A stretch of 64,000 nucleotides of DNA. Origin: Candidatus Poribacteria bacterium (GTDB lineage: Bacteria > Poribacteria > WGA-4E > WGA-3G). The notes under the pieces were generated by a model, which was not told the origin of the DNA, did not search any database, and saw only the letters and a list, made by a program, of their open reading frames with translations. The DNA lies in contig OZ240248.1 of NCBI GenBank assembly GCA_965198235.1, positions 3,424,001-3,488,000 of the forward strand, written 5' to 3'. The position numbers and the translations under genes are program-made. Every line of letters begins with the position of its first letter. Within the stretch, counting starts at the first letter, position 1. Below are positions 28,600 to 39,192 of this stretch, one piece after another.

Positions 28600-29631
28600 G
28601 TGGCACACACACATACCCATCCCGAACAAAAGCCTTTGTTTATTCCTGCTTCGGCGACAGCGGAACAGATGGCACAAGCGGCAGGGAACTTTCTGGATAC
28701 ATTAACGCCGGCGTTACATCAAAAGGCAGCACTTCCATTTGATGGAAATGAACGGCTCCGGTGGCACTACATTCCAATCGAAATGTGGGAGCGGGAAGGC
28801 GTTTCTCTCAACGAACTGAATACAAAGCAGCAAGAAACAGCGTTCGCTCTCATGGAAAGTGGCTTGAGTGTGAAGGGTTATCAGAAAGCGCGCGCAATTA
28901 TTAATTTGGAGACAACGCTTGGCGAGATTGAAAAATCCGCTGGGGAAGCAAGATTGGTGCGCGACCCTGGACTCTATTTTTTCACCGTTTTCGGCGATCC
29001 GACCGGCAATGGTGCCTGGGGATGGCGTGCTGAAGGACATCATGTTTCCCTCAATTTTACTGTCGTTAATCGTGAACTCATTTCGCCAAACCCGTCTTTT
29101 TTCGGTTCAAACCCAGCAGAGGTGCCGCAAGGTGAGAAAAAAGGATTAAGAGTTCTCTCTGCCGAGGAAGATATGGCGCGTCAACTCCTTACAAGCCTGA
29201 ACGCCATGCAGAAGCGTGAGACAATCATCAATGCGGATGCACCGTCCGATATTTTGACACGCGACGTACCTAAAGTTGAGTTTGAGGCTGTTGAAGGGTT
29301 AGCCGCAGAATCTATGGAAACATCCCAACGTGAACTCCTGATGAACCTCGTCCATGAATACATTGATCGACTGCCTGACGAGGTCGCCCAAATCGAACTC
29401 CGAAAACTACGCGAAGGGAGCGTCAACGATATCCATTTCGCTTGGGCGGGAGGAGAAACTCCGAAAACACCCCACTACTATAGGCTTCACGGTCCATTTT
29501 TCTTTGTGGAGTATGATAACACGCAGAATAATGCGAACCACATCCACTCCGTGTGGCGGCACATCGCAGACGATTTTGGTGTCGATCTGCTTCGGTTACA
29601 CTATCACAAATCCGACCATCACGATCATTAG
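28600..29631 (+). CDS. DUF3500 domain protein
   Basis: WGWRAEGHHVSLN, YYRLHGP..VEYDN..NHIHSVWR..DFG; GGAGG RBS before GTG 28600. Confidence 0.88.
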   Translation: MAHTHTHPEQKPLFIPASATAEQMAQAAGNFLDTLTPALHQKAALPFDGNERLRWHYIPIEMWEREGVSLNELNTKQQETAFALMESGLSVKGYQKARAIINLETTLGEIEKSAGEARLVRDPGLYFFTVFGDPTGNGAWGWRAEGHHVSLNFTVVNRELISPNPSFFGSNPAEVPQGEKKGLRVLSAEEDMARQLLTSLNAMQKRETIINADAPSDILTRDVPKVEFEAVEGLAAESMETSQRELLMNLVHEYIDRLPDEVAQIELRKLREGSVNDIHFAWAGGETPKTPHYYRLHGPFFFVEYDNTQNNANHIHSVWRHIADDFGVDLLRLHYHKSDHHDH

Positions 29632-29646
29632 ATGTATCAAGTCCAC

Positions 29647-29674
29647 AAAAAAGCCGCCAACCTTGGCGGCTTTT
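29647..29674. terminator. Bidirectional intrinsic terminator
   Basis: AAAAAAGCCGCCAA-CC-TTGGCGGCTTTT between convergent genes. Confidence 0.85.
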
Positions 29675-29696
29675 CCTGTTTTTTTACGGGGTCTCT

Positions 29697-30539
29697 TTAT
29701 CGAACGGATTTTAGAGTGCCCCATATTGTGGCTAACTTATGAGAGGGTTCAACGGCAAGTTGTTCACTGGTAAGGACGACTAAACCCGTATGCTCCGAGT
29801 TCTTTCCGAAAACAATAGAATGGGTATACCAGCCACTCCACCCCTTCTGTCCCTCTTGTCCTGCTTCTCTGTCACCGTCATTGACACAGATACCGAGTCC
29901 GAATTTAAACCCTTCGCTGAATTTCTTGCCTTTTACTTGCAACTCTTCGGCGGTGAATCTGAGTTCATAGTAGGTTTCCTTTTCAGCCTCGTTTCGGACA
30001 ATCGCGATATCTTCATCGGGGGCGATACCTTTACCACCCGGATTCTCGTTGAGTGCCCCTGGAAGAATGTCCTTTGCTTTATCATCTAAACCTACATTGT
30101 AGAGCCACATCGGTAACCCAGCACTCCGTCTGCCGCTCATTTCAAAAGCAAGTTGCGCGCCATCGCCATTCCACGCAGCGGCAGCGGCATGTTCATGTTC
30201 GTCATCATCGACGGCGATCACAATATAGATTGCCTCAGGATCCCAGAGAATCGCGAAACAGGTTTGATGGTCATTGGCTCCTTTCCATTTTCCACCATTG
30301 TGCTCTTGAAACACATTTCCAGCATATTCGACCCCACAAAAAATAGTTCCGTCGGTTCCTTTAACTGTTTCAAAGACCCCTTCCCAGTACTCACTGAAAT
30401 CACCTATCTTAATGTCAACACCCGGCGGGATTGTGAATGCATTGTAAACGTCATGGGTTTTACTACGCCATTGCGCAGATACCATCGTATTTGTGACGAA
30501 AACGAGCAGTGCTATTGCGGTTAAAACATGCTTTTTCAT
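29697..30539 (-). CDS. Secreted protein with CBM9/DOMON-like sugar-binding domain and C-terminal AVEPSHKLATIWGTLK motif
   Basis: Signal peptide MKKH..VSA; WDPEAIYIVIAVDDD, WNGD, GICVNDGD. Confidence 0.7.
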   Translation of the reverse strand: MKKHVLTAIALLVFVTNTMVSAQWRSKTHDVYNAFTIPPGVDIKIGDFSEYWEGVFETVKGTDGTIFCGVEYAGNVFQEHNGGKWKGANDHQTCFAILWDPEAIYIVIAVDDDEHEHAAAAAWNGDGAQLAFEMSGRRSAGLPMWLYNVGLDDKAKDILPGALNENPGGKGIAPDEDIAIVRNEAEKETYYELRFTAEELQVKGKKFSEGFKFGLGICVNDGDREAGQEGQKGWSGWYTHSIVFGKNSEHTGLVVLTSEQLAVEPSHKLATIWGTLKSVR

Positions 30540-30554
30540 TTTTCTTTTCCTCAA

Positions 30555-32282
30555 TTATCTATTACCAATAATTTTACCAACGTCATCGCCACCCAAGCAG
30601 AAAATGTATCGGTCGCTGGAGCCGATGTAAAGCAATTCGTTGGCAATCGCGGGTGATGAATACAATTCTATGTTCCGGTTAATAATTCTCGTATCAAATT
30701 CCCACTGCACCTTCCCATCACCAGAAGAAAGCGCGTAGATGTACCCGTTTTTCGTTGCCGCATAGACGGTATCCATCGTTACAGCCGGTGAAGAAACAAC
30801 CGGTCCACCGAGGTCGGTTTTCCAGTTGAGCGTTCCATCTGTTGACTGGAGAGAATAGACGGACCCATCGCGCGAACCGAAGGTAACGTAACCGTTCTGA
30901 ACGGCGATTGCAGTTAGGACGGCATCTTCTGCCTCATATTCCCATACGATGTCGCCAGTTTCCGCGTCAAGCGCGACAACTTTACCAGCGGGTATCGGAT
31001 CACTATCGGAAAAATTACCCCTTCCAAGCCCAAAATAGACAATATTTTCTTCTGCGCTGGGGCTTCCCCACACCGGATACTGCATCTGTTTCGACCATGC
31101 CTCAGCACCTGTTTGGGCATCGACAGCGTAAATCCGATAATCCCCATAACCTGTACCGAAGTAAACCTTGTCATTATGAACGACTGGCGACATGTCAGCG
31201 TGGACATCTTCATAGTGCCAAATTTGTTGCCCCTCTAACGCATCAATACAGTAGACTCCATCAGCACCTGCTGTAAAATAGAGTTTTCCCTGACTGATGA
31301 ATGGGGTTGATTCAACATGGCTCGCTGTTTGGAATGACCAGATGGATTCACCCGTGTGTGCGTCAAGGCACCGCAGGTGACAATCGCTATCGTGATGATA
31401 ACCTTCACCAATGTAAACCCTGCCGCCGGCAACCGCGGGCGATGAAAATATTGGGATCGGAGAAGTATACTGCCAGAGAATCTTCTGCGATTCCGTATCA
31501 ATACAGTAAGTTGCACCGCCTAACGAAAAGATCGAGCCATGTGCAGAACCGATATAAAGTCGATTCCCAACAACCGCTGGAGACGAGGAGAAATCAACCG
31601 CCATCGGCTCTTCATCTTTGAAAACCCATGTGGGTGTTCCGCTTATTGGTCCTGGGAGGGTATCTACATGTCCCGTTCGACTTTTTCCACCTCGGAAACT
31701 TGACCACGGCTCGCTCGTATGTGTATTCCGTATTCCTGTTCCCTGAACCGTTGCTTCAGGCGATGAGATCATCGGATTTAGCGTCGTCCGAATCAGGGTA
31801 TAGGTCCCCCATCCGAATCCCACAAGAATAATGACACTCAGAATAGAGGTAGAAACCTTATGGACAGCCGCGAAGTCGCGGAACTTGTAGAAGAGCATTC
31901 TGGTCGTGTCCCGTGCAAACACAAGCCCAGTTATCAGGGCAACGCCGACAAAGGCAAGGATCTGTGGAACGATGCTTAGCAATGCCGTGAGCGGTCCCAG
32001 CAACTGCGGAATGACTGCGTGTGCAGTGTTTGCGGTAGCGAAAAAAACAAAGAGGAGACTCAGCAGGAATAGTTGTCGGTTATCAGTTGTCAGTTTTCGG
32101 TTAAGAGGTTTTATGTAACGACCTTTGTCGCTGTTGGAATCAGCCAAGTTTGGGAAGATTGTCATCAGTGCTCTCTTTAACTGAAAACCAGTGAACGAAG
32201 ACCGATAACCATCTTGCTGACTGCTGACTGCTGGTTGCTGACGGCTGTTCTTTATTGGTTGTCTCAATTTCGGTTTTCTCAT
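30555..32282 (-). CDS. PQQ-like beta-propeller (BamB-like) repeat protein with N-terminal membrane segments
   Basis: Repeated SSPAV..VYxG..ALDAxTG..W; GAGGTG RBS at the 32282 start. Confidence 0.85.
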   Translation of the reverse strand: MRKPKLRQPIKNSRQQPAVSSQQDGYRSSFTGFQLKRALMTIFPNLADSNSDKGRYIKPLNRKLTTDNRQLFLLSLLFVFFATANTAHAVIPQLLGPLTALLSIVPQILAFVGVALITGLVFARDTTRMLFYKFRDFAAVHKVSTSILSVIILVGFGWGTYTLIRTTLNPMISSPEATVQGTGIRNTHTSEPWSSFRGGKSRTGHVDTLPGPISGTPTWVFKDEEPMAVDFSSSPAVVGNRLYIGSAHGSIFSLGGATYCIDTESQKILWQYTSPIPIFSSPAVAGGRVYIGEGYHHDSDCHLRCLDAHTGESIWSFQTASHVESTPFISQGKLYFTAGADGVYCIDALEGQQIWHYEDVHADMSPVVHNDKVYFGTGYGDYRIYAVDAQTGAEAWSKQMQYPVWGSPSAEENIVYFGLGRGNFSDSDPIPAGKVVALDAETGDIVWEYEAEDAVLTAIAVQNGYVTFGSRDGSVYSLQSTDGTLNWKTDLGGPVVSSPAVTMDTVYAATKNGYIYALSSGDGKVQWEFDTRIINRNIELYSSPAIANELLYIGSSDRYIFCLGGDDVGKIIGNR

Positions 32283-32300
32283 TTGTAGTCACCTCGTATG

Positions 32301-33488
32301 CTACTTGGAGGTTTCCAAAAATCGGACAGCGAAATGCACCAAATTTTCAAGCATTCGACGGTTCTTAGAGACTTGCGAGTCTCTCTGATTGTGGAGGTTA
32401 GTGACCAGATACATCCCTTTGCCATATTTTAGCTTGGCGACGACGATCTCTTTGCCATCATTGGTTGTCGCGAGAATCTCATATTTCTCATTCCATCCCT
32501 TCCATGAATCATCAAGTGAAAGCTGTCCCGATCGAATACGGTTCGGTGCCTTAAAGAGTTCACCGGCGCGGGAGGTGGGTTGGAAATCATTATGAGATGG
32601 GCTTTCCACACCCATAAGCGGTTCGGGCAGCCAACCGCTACCGCAAGGACGTTCCTTATCGCTGTCCTGTCCAGAAGCGATAACGATACCACCGTTTTTC
32701 ACGAATTCCTTAATCCGATTCTCTTGTTTCTTGTTAAGTCGGTATCTCCCTGCAGAGAGCGAGCGAAAACCGAGCCATAGAATGTCTGCCTCGCGGAGTG
32801 TCGGTAAATTACGGTCAGTCGTCGCATGATAAACAAAACCGAAGTCTGCTACAGCATCAAGTTCGGCGATAGCGCGCGGTTCTGAATCATATCTATCCGT
32901 TTTGAATAGCAGAAGCTCAAGCGCGTCTCCACTGAGTAAATCACGCAATTCTTTTTGAAAATCCGGAGTTGAATCTCGCTTTGAGACCTTGTCTCTGTTG
33001 AGGTATTTCTCAAAGTGTGTAAAGAGCCACCAGCCCCACTCTGTGCGTTCCCTATTTTTCGCCGTGACTTGGGTTTGAAACCATTTCCCTCTTGTATGTG
33101 CGAGACTATCAATTCGTCCGCCCGCTTTCAGGTAGAAGACAATAATAGGTTCGTCTTCTTTCAGGAAATGGATAACCTCTTCTCTGTGATCTGCCTCTCC
33201 CTTGTAGACATCGAACCGAATCCGAATTTCCTCAAATTCGCTGGTGCCTTTAAGGTTCTCTTCCACCTTAACCTTCGCAGTCCGCCGCTTGACGTTAACC
33301 TCGGCGATGGTCCCGAATACGATATTGGTGCTTTCCGCAACGATTTGTCTGATGGTATAGCGTTTTGAGATGTAGCCTTCTACAGGAGATTGGATCAGCA
33401 TCAGGATACTGGCAACAAGCAAGCTGAAAAGGTAACCAAATTTCCGAAGAGTACTTAATTTAAATATAGAAGGGGATATTTTCATCAT
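32301..33488 (-). CDS. Secreted hypothetical protein with C-terminal GATase1-like domain
   Basis: Signal-like N-terminus; IKEFVKNGG, YGKGMYLV, MLENLV; ATGA overlap at 33485-33488. Confidence 0.6.
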   Translation of the reverse strand: MMKISPSIFKLSTLRKFGYLFSLLVASILMLIQSPVEGYISKRYTIRQIVAESTNIVFGTIAEVNVKRRTAKVKVEENLKGTSEFEEIRIRFDVYKGEADHREEVIHFLKEDEPIIVFYLKAGGRIDSLAHTRGKWFQTQVTAKNRERTEWGWWLFTHFEKYLNRDKVSKRDSTPDFQKELRDLLSGDALELLLFKTDRYDSEPRAIAELDAVADFGFVYHATTDRNLPTLREADILWLGFRSLSAGRYRLNKKQENRIKEFVKNGGIVIASGQDSDKERPCGSGWLPEPLMGVESPSHNDFQPTSRAGELFKAPNRIRSGQLSLDDSWKGWNEKYEILATTNDGKEIVVAKLKYGKGMYLVTNLHNQRDSQVSKNRRMLENLVHFAVRFLETSK

Positions 33489-34597
33489 TGTGCTTTTCCT
33501 CTCGCTGCGATGTCCCACACAGATTCGACAATCCCGTTACGAATGCCGTAATATCTGTCGTGAAGGTTTACTGTCGTACAACAGTGTGTTGGTAAAATTT
33601 CAAGTTTATCTCCCGGTGTGAGAGAAACATTGGTATCGGATACTTGCATTTTTCCGTGTTCTTCAGAGAGTCCTGTCATTTCTGCGCCAGTTATACCAAT
33701 CGGTTGTGGAATACCGAACTCTTTTGCAAGCACTTTCAAGCCTGTATCCACTATGACTCGATGTGGATCTGGACGACTCACGACGGTTGCTAAAACGGAC
33801 AACGAGCAGTCGAACTGCTCTCCAACACCTTCTACATTTCGGTAGGTAGAATCCATGAAGACGTAGGAACCCGCCTGCACCTCTGTCATTTCTGGAATAC
33901 CCCCTGTAATGTTAAAGGTGCCTGTGCCACCCCCACTCATGATAGAAATTTCTACACCGTGTTTTTCGACATAGTGTTTCGCGTCAATCAGATGTTGCAT
34001 AGCCTCACGTGCTGCGGCATCCCGTTCCTTTAGGTCCTGCGTCGTAACAGTATGTCCCTCGTAGCCCATCAGTCCCTCAAACTTCAGGTTTGGACTTCGG
34101 CATATTTGCTCTGCCAGTGCTAACGTCGGTTTGCCGGGTTCAACACCACACCGGTCCATGCCGATGTTCACTTCTATTAACATTCTGACGGTTACGCCTT
34201 TGGCAGCTGCCGCCTCGGAGATGTCTTGCACGTTCTGAGGATTGTCGACTGCAACCATGATCTCCGAGTGCTTCGCGAGGTTGATGAGGCGAGCAATCTT
34301 ATGTGAGCCGACAACTTGGTTGGCTATCAACACATCTCGAACGCCAGCGTGAATCACCGCTTCTGCCTCACCAAGTTTCGCACAAGTAACCCCGATGGCA
34401 CCTGCAGCAATCTGTTTATGGGCAATGATAGGCGTTTTATGCGTCTTAACGTGGGGTCTCAGCATCGCGTTTACTGTCGTGAAGTAGTCCGCCATTGTCT
34501 GTATGTTGGCTTCCATTTTATCCAGATCAATCAGCAACGCGGGTGTGTCTAATTCCGTTTTGTGCATGCCGATAAAAGGTTCAGTGCTGATGTTCAT
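33485..34597 (-). CDS. DSD1-family PLP enzyme (D-threonine aldolase / D-serine dehydratase-like)
   Basis: LDTPAL, RPHVKTHK, GYEGH, GGGTGT, EVQAGSY, SEEHG, PTHCCTT. Confidence 0.92.
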   Translation of the reverse strand: MNISTEPFIGMHKTELDTPALLIDLDKMEANIQTMADYFTTVNAMLRPHVKTHKTPIIAHKQIAAGAIGVTCAKLGEAEAVIHAGVRDVLIANQVVGSHKIARLINLAKHSEIMVAVDNPQNVQDISEAAAAKGVTVRMLIEVNIGMDRCGVEPGKPTLALAEQICRSPNLKFEGLMGYEGHTVTTQDLKERDAAAREAMQHLIDAKHYVEKHGVEISIMSGGGTGTFNITGGIPEMTEVQAGSYVFMDSTYRNVEGVGEQFDCSLSVLATVVSRPDPHRVIVDTGLKVLAKEFGIPQPIGITGAEMTGLSEEHGKMQVSDTNVSLTPGDKLEILPTHCCTTVNLHDRYYGIRNGIVESVWDIAARGKAQ

Positions 34598-34608
34598 TAG
34601 CCGTACTC

Positions 34609-35562
34609 CTAAAGTTGCTTAACGGGGTTTGACAGTGTGCCGAACCCATCAATTTCTATCTGGACAGTATCACCTGGGGCAAGGGGCAAATCGTTCGGAA
34701 CGATGATACCAGTGCCTGTTGAAACAACAGTCCCAAACGGAATCGGATTATCCCGCATCAAGAATTCAGTGAGTTCTTCAAACTTCCAGTTAATTTGAGA
34801 CGTATTGACATCGCCTTTATAGATTGTGTCTCCATCACGAAGAACAGTACACTGCATATCGAGATTATAGGGATCGTCCACTTCGGAGGGTGTAACAAAC
34901 ATGGGTCCAAGCGCGCAACATCCATAGAAGACTTTGGATTGTGGGAGATAGAGCGGATTGTCGCGTTCAATGTCCCATGCGGATACGTCGTTACAGAGGG
35001 TGTAACCGACGATTTCACCGTTGCTGCCAAGAACATAGGCAAGTTCTGGTTCGGTCGCTGTCAAGGAAGAATCGCTCCGAATGCCAATAAAACCGTTGGG
35101 TCCAACGCATCGCGAGGGTGTCGCTTTGAAGAATATCTCCGGGCGGTCGGCGAAATAGACACGACTATAGATGTCCTGTTCACTATCGTCATCACGCATG
35201 TCCGCACTCCGTTTATAGGTTACCCCGCATCCCCAAACTTCAGGAGAATCAATCGGGGATAAGAGATGTGGGACATTTTCGTCAGGGGCGATGTCTAATT
35301 TCTTGAGCGTGAGCCCTTCGGGTTCGGTAGGTTGGTTTCCTGCCTCTGGAAGTGAACGGAATTGTATCGGTGCGGGAGTCGCGACTTTCTCTTGGATGTC
35401 GGCAAGTATTACACCGAGGCTTACCTGCTCCCTGTCAGCGAGTTCTAACACCTCTAATACACCGGGTGATTCCTCGCTCGTTACATCGATCACTTCTTCA
35501 TCGCGGGTAACAATCCCAACCCGCTTGCCTAAATTCGGTAGATGAAATTGAATTAGTTTCAT
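34609..35562 (-). CDS. Fumarylacetoacetate hydrolase family protein (2-keto-3-deoxy-pentonate dehydratase-like)
   Basis: EVWGCGVTY, RPEIFFK, EPEL, NDVSAWDIE..NPLYLPQSK, STGTG. Confidence 0.88.
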   Translation of the reverse strand: MKLIQFHLPNLGKRVGIVTRDEEVIDVTSEESPGVLEVLELADREQVSLGVILADIQEKVATPAPIQFRSLPEAGNQPTEPEGLTLKKLDIAPDENVPHLLSPIDSPEVWGCGVTYKRSADMRDDDSEQDIYSRVYFADRPEIFFKATPSRCVGPNGFIGIRSDSSLTATEPELAYVLGSNGEIVGYTLCNDVSAWDIERDNPLYLPQSKVFYGCCALGPMFVTPSEVDDPYNLDMQCTVLRDGDTIYKGDVNTSQINWKFEELTEFLMRDNPIPFGTVVSTGTGIIVPNDLPLAPGDTVQIEIDGFGTLSNPVKQL

Positions 35563-35813
35563 TTCTTTAATTTTACCTTGCGGTTCGGTCAGTAGGGTTA
35601 GATATTTAACGCGCCTCTCCGTAGATCCGTCCTCCACTTCGTTACGGACTACGCACTTGGGTTTCATGATTTCGAGATAAAAGAAGCGTCAGCACCCCAA
35701 TCCCAGTCGTGGATTAACCAAAAACCTGCGCGTAATGGAATGGAGCGCAGCCCAAGCTCCCATAAATTAAAAACTTTCCACTTCGTTCCAAGCTGCGCGC
35801 TCTTGTTTTCAAT

Positions 35814-36632
35814 TTAGGAAAATTCCAGTTGTGCCCACGCTTTTGCGTCCTTAACGACCGCGTCTGGTGTCCTTTGTGAATGGAGTAGATGCCCTTGAGT
35901 CGTCCGAAGCGTCGGTTGTCTGGCATCTTGATAACGGAAGTCTAAACTCCATCGGATGTGTGAAGCGCGGTTCGGTAACCCGCGGTGGAACAGAAGATTA
36001 CTGAAAATGACGACATCCCCCGGCATAATCTCGATACGGACGGCATCCGCCTCCACCGGTTTGATATAGTCATCGTGGATGCGCAGATAGTACTCGTCTT
36101 GTTCGTGTGGAACGACACCCCACTTATGGCTCCCCGGAATGAATTCCATACACCCGTTTTCAACGTTGACCGGCACTAAAGGTGTCCAGACATTCATCAT
36201 CCGCAAGGCATCAGCTTCTTTTGAAGTATAACCAGCATCTTGATGCCATAATACCTCTGTTCGTTTGTTCTCCGGTAGCTTCGGGCGAACCGAATAGTTC
36301 GGGTACAATCGGATCTCTGGACCGAGGATAATACCCGCGAGTTCAAGGAGGATAGGGTGTGCGAACACGTCAAAAAAACCTTCCCGATGGAGTTCCGATC
36401 GAAAAATGGTTGGGTTTTCGTCCGGATAGTTTTCGTAGAGCCGAATTAGGTGGGTTTCAAAAGAGGCATCGGGATAAGTGTCCGTCAGTTTTCCTTCCGC
36501 ATACCGGCGCAACGCCAGTTCGGCGACTAACGCTTCGCATTCGTGTTTGACAGCCTCAAGCGTTACGGGTTCCAAAACACCGCGCAGGATGGCGAACCCG
36601 TTCTCATTGAAGTTACTGATAACTGATCCCAT
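35814..36632 (-). CDS. Phytanoyl-CoA dioxygenase (PhyH) family oxygenase
   Basis: WHQD, ENGCMEFIPGSH, LFHRG..RWSLDFRY. Confidence 0.88.
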   Translation of the reverse strand: MGSVISNFNENGFAILRGVLEPVTLEAVKHECEALVAELALRRYAEGKLTDTYPDASFETHLIRLYENYPDENPTIFRSELHREGFFDVFAHPILLELAGIILGPEIRLYPNYSVRPKLPENKRTEVLWHQDAGYTSKEADALRMMNVWTPLVPVNVENGCMEFIPGSHKWGVVPHEQDEYYLRIHDDYIKPVEADAVRIEIMPGDVVIFSNLLFHRGLPNRASHIRWSLDFRYQDARQPTLRTTQGHLLHSQRTPDAVVKDAKAWAQLEFS

Positions 36633-36689
36633 TTTTATGCCCTCTCTGCGTGGCATTTTTCGTGTTAAGCGAATCTCTCTGTTTCTCGT

Positions 36690-37307
36690 CTAATTTCCAC
36701 TCGGAACTAAGCCGGCTTCCATAAGAGACGAGACGACGACGTGAGCAGATTCTTCAAGCGAGAGTTCCGCTGTATTCACCATGACCTCTGGATCGGCAGG
36801 TGCTTCGTAAGGTGCACTGATGCCGGTAAACTCCTTAATCTCTCCAGCGCGTGCTTTTTGGTATAAGCCTTTCGTATCGCGCTCTTCACAGACCTCAAGC
36901 GGACAGTCGACGAAAACTTCAACGAATCTACCTTCAGCAATCAGTTCTCTTGCCTGATCCCTATCAGCGCGATAGGGCGAAATGAAGGCTGTCATAACGA
37001 TGGTGCCGGCATCTGCAAAAAGTTTCGCCACTTCACCAACGCGCCGGATATTTTCCTCGCGATCTTCAGGTGAGAAACCCAAATTCTTGTTCAGTCCATG
37101 GCGGACGTTGTCGCCGTCCAAGACGTAGGTATGGTGCTGTTGTTGATGTAGTACCTGTTCAACCGCGTTTGCTAACGTCGATTTACCGGAACCGGAGAGA
37201 CCTGTAAACCAAATCACACAGCCTTTCTGATTCAGCAATTTTTCTCTATCTTCTGCCGTGACAACCGCATCGTGCCACGTAATATTGGTTGCTTTCTGTT
37301 GAGCCAA
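36690..37307 (-). CDS. cysC: Adenylyl-sulfate kinase
   Basis: [36 protein letters not shown]; TTG start inferred from RBS. Confidence 0.95.
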   Translation of the reverse strand: MAQQKATNITWHDAVVTAEDREKLLNQKGCVIWFTGLSGSGKSTLANAVEQVLHQQQHHTYVLDGDNVRHGLNKNLGFSPEDREENIRRVGEVAKLFADAGTIVMTAFISPYRADRDQARELIAEGRFVEVFVDCPLEVCEERDTKGLYQKARAGEIKEFTGISAPYEAPADPEVMVNTAELSLEESAHVVVSSLMEAGLVPSGN

Positions 37308-37435
37308 TCGATTATTCCTCACATATTAGAATTCATAAAATTGAGGCGTTCCGAATTTGCCTCTATCGCCAGATACAATCATTTTACTATTATACGCGCA
37401 GAAATCAATAATGTCAACCTAATTCGCAGAGGCAT

Positions 37436-39154
37436 TCAGTTTCTCTGTAGGACGGAACTCCGATTCTCAGTAATATAGATAATTTGATTTACGGGACTCT
37501 CGGTATTTGAGAAATCAAGCGTTTGCGTGTGCCCGTTTTGCCATTTTACTTTGATCGATTGAATTGTCTTTTGAACACCGATACCGAAAAAGAGCGTTCG
37601 CTCACTACCAGAGGCGTAACTTCCACCACACGTTGCCTCCCTGAACTGTGTTGTTTTATCTGTATGTACCCACACTTTCGCACCGATCCCATCGCGGTTG
37701 CTTTCGGTACCGACGAGCCGAATTTTTACCCAGTTGTGGACTTGGGAATCGTTTCGTAACAAAATAGGGGATTCACCACAACAGGTGACGAGAATATCCG
37801 TCGCGCCATCGTTGTTATAATCACCAACGGCGACACCGCGCGCGACAACAGAACGTTTGAAAAACCGACCCGCTGTCTCAAATAGATCCTTGAATTGTCC
37901 TGTTCCTGTGTTCCCAAAAATCTGGCATTGTTGCCTGTAGGAGAGCGATGGCGTAATCTCTGATACGTTGTCCCACACGTGCCCATTTGCGACGAAAAGT
38001 TCGAGTGTGCCGTTGTTATCTACATCAATGAACTGGGTGCCGAAGCCGAGTTTTGAGAAGCTTGGATCAGCGAGTCCTGCTTCAAAGGTGGTCATCGTAT
38101 AAAAGCCGTCATTATCGTTGCGAAAGAGGCTGTTGATTTCCAGGGAGAAGTTCGTAACGAAGAGATCTTGAACGCCGTCGTTATCGTAGTCCCCGGAAGC
38201 GATACCCATACTCGCTGTTGCACGCCCTTCTGAATTATAGGCAACCCCTGCAGTGATGGCGATGTCTGTGAAAGTTCCATCCTTGTTGTTCTGGTAGAGG
38301 AAATCGGGAACAGCATCGTTAGCAACGAAAATATCAGGATAACCGTCGTTGTTATAGTCTGTAAAGAGCGCGCCTAACCCTTTACCGGTGTTGTGAACCA
38401 TCGCGCGCGTCGTAACGTCTGTGAAGGTGCCATCACCATTGTTCCGATAAAGTGTATCACGCGCACCGGGGTATTCATGCGGACCACAATAAATATGAAC
38501 GCCTTCCAGGAAGCAAGCGTGAGCGGTCTCTAATTGATAATCCAAATAGTTTGCTACATAGAGGTCGAGGTGTCCGTCGAGATTAAAGTCACCGAAGGAC
38601 GCGCTAATACTCCATTTGCCGTCCCCGACACCGGCGTGTGACGTAACGTCTGTGAAGGTGCCGTTCCCATTGTTTCGATAGAGTTGGTTTCTACCGAAGT
38701 TGGTAAGGTAAAGGTCGGCATCACCATCATTGTCGTAGTCTGCCGCGAGACATCCCATGCCGTAACCGTAGTTTCGCTGAAGTTCCGCTTCTGCTGTGGC
38801 ATCAACGAATGTTCCATCACCTTTATTACGATAGAGAACGTTCATGTTATCAAGATGCCTGTGGGATTCGGAAGTGCTGCTGAGAGTGCCGCTATTGACA
38901 AGATAGATGTCGGGGTGTCCATCGTTATTGTAGTCAAAAAAGAGTCCACCGGATCCCATCGTTTCCGGTAGGTATTTCTCTTCAGATGCGCCATTGGTGT
39001 GTTTGAAATGGATACCCGCTTGCTGCCTCTGGTCTGTGAAGAGGCGTGTCGTTTCAGCAACGGACGGTATCACAGCACAGCAGACAAGTATCAGGTAGGC
39101 GAATAAGAGGGTTTCTGTTTTGGCACCGGGCGAGAGATAACAGTCGTTTTTCAA
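37436..39154 (-). CDS. CRTAC1-family protein (FG-GAP + ASPIC/UnbV), secreted
   Basis: PETMGSG, DYNNDG repeats, SNRDGIGA. Confidence 0.9.
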   Translation of the reverse strand: MKNDCYLSPGAKTETLLFAYLILVCCAVIPSVAETTRLFTDQRQQAGIHFKHTNGASEEKYLPETMGSGGLFFDYNNDGHPDIYLVNSGTLSSTSESHRHLDNMNVLYRNKGDGTFVDATAEAELQRNYGYGMGCLAADYDNDGDADLYLTNFGRNQLYRNNGNGTFTDVTSHAGVGDGKWSISASFGDFNLDGHLDLYVANYLDYQLETAHACFLEGVHIYCGPHEYPGARDTLYRNNGDGTFTDVTTRAMVHNTGKGLGALFTDYNNDGYPDIFVANDAVPDFLYQNNKDGTFTDIAITAGVAYNSEGRATASMGIASGDYDNDGVQDLFVTNFSLEINSLFRNDNDGFYTMTTFEAGLADPSFSKLGFGTQFIDVDNNGTLELFVANGHVWDNVSEITPSLSYRQQCQIFGNTGTGQFKDLFETAGRFFKRSVVARGVAVGDYNNDGATDILVTCCGESPILLRNDSQVHNWVKIRLVGTESNRDGIGAKVWVHTDKTTQFREATCGGSYASGSERTLFFGIGVQKTIQSIKVKWQNGHTQTLDFSNTESPVNQIIYITENRSSVLQRN

Positions 39155-39192
39155 TTTTTCCGTATATCCCGCGTTATTGGTAGAATTTTAAA

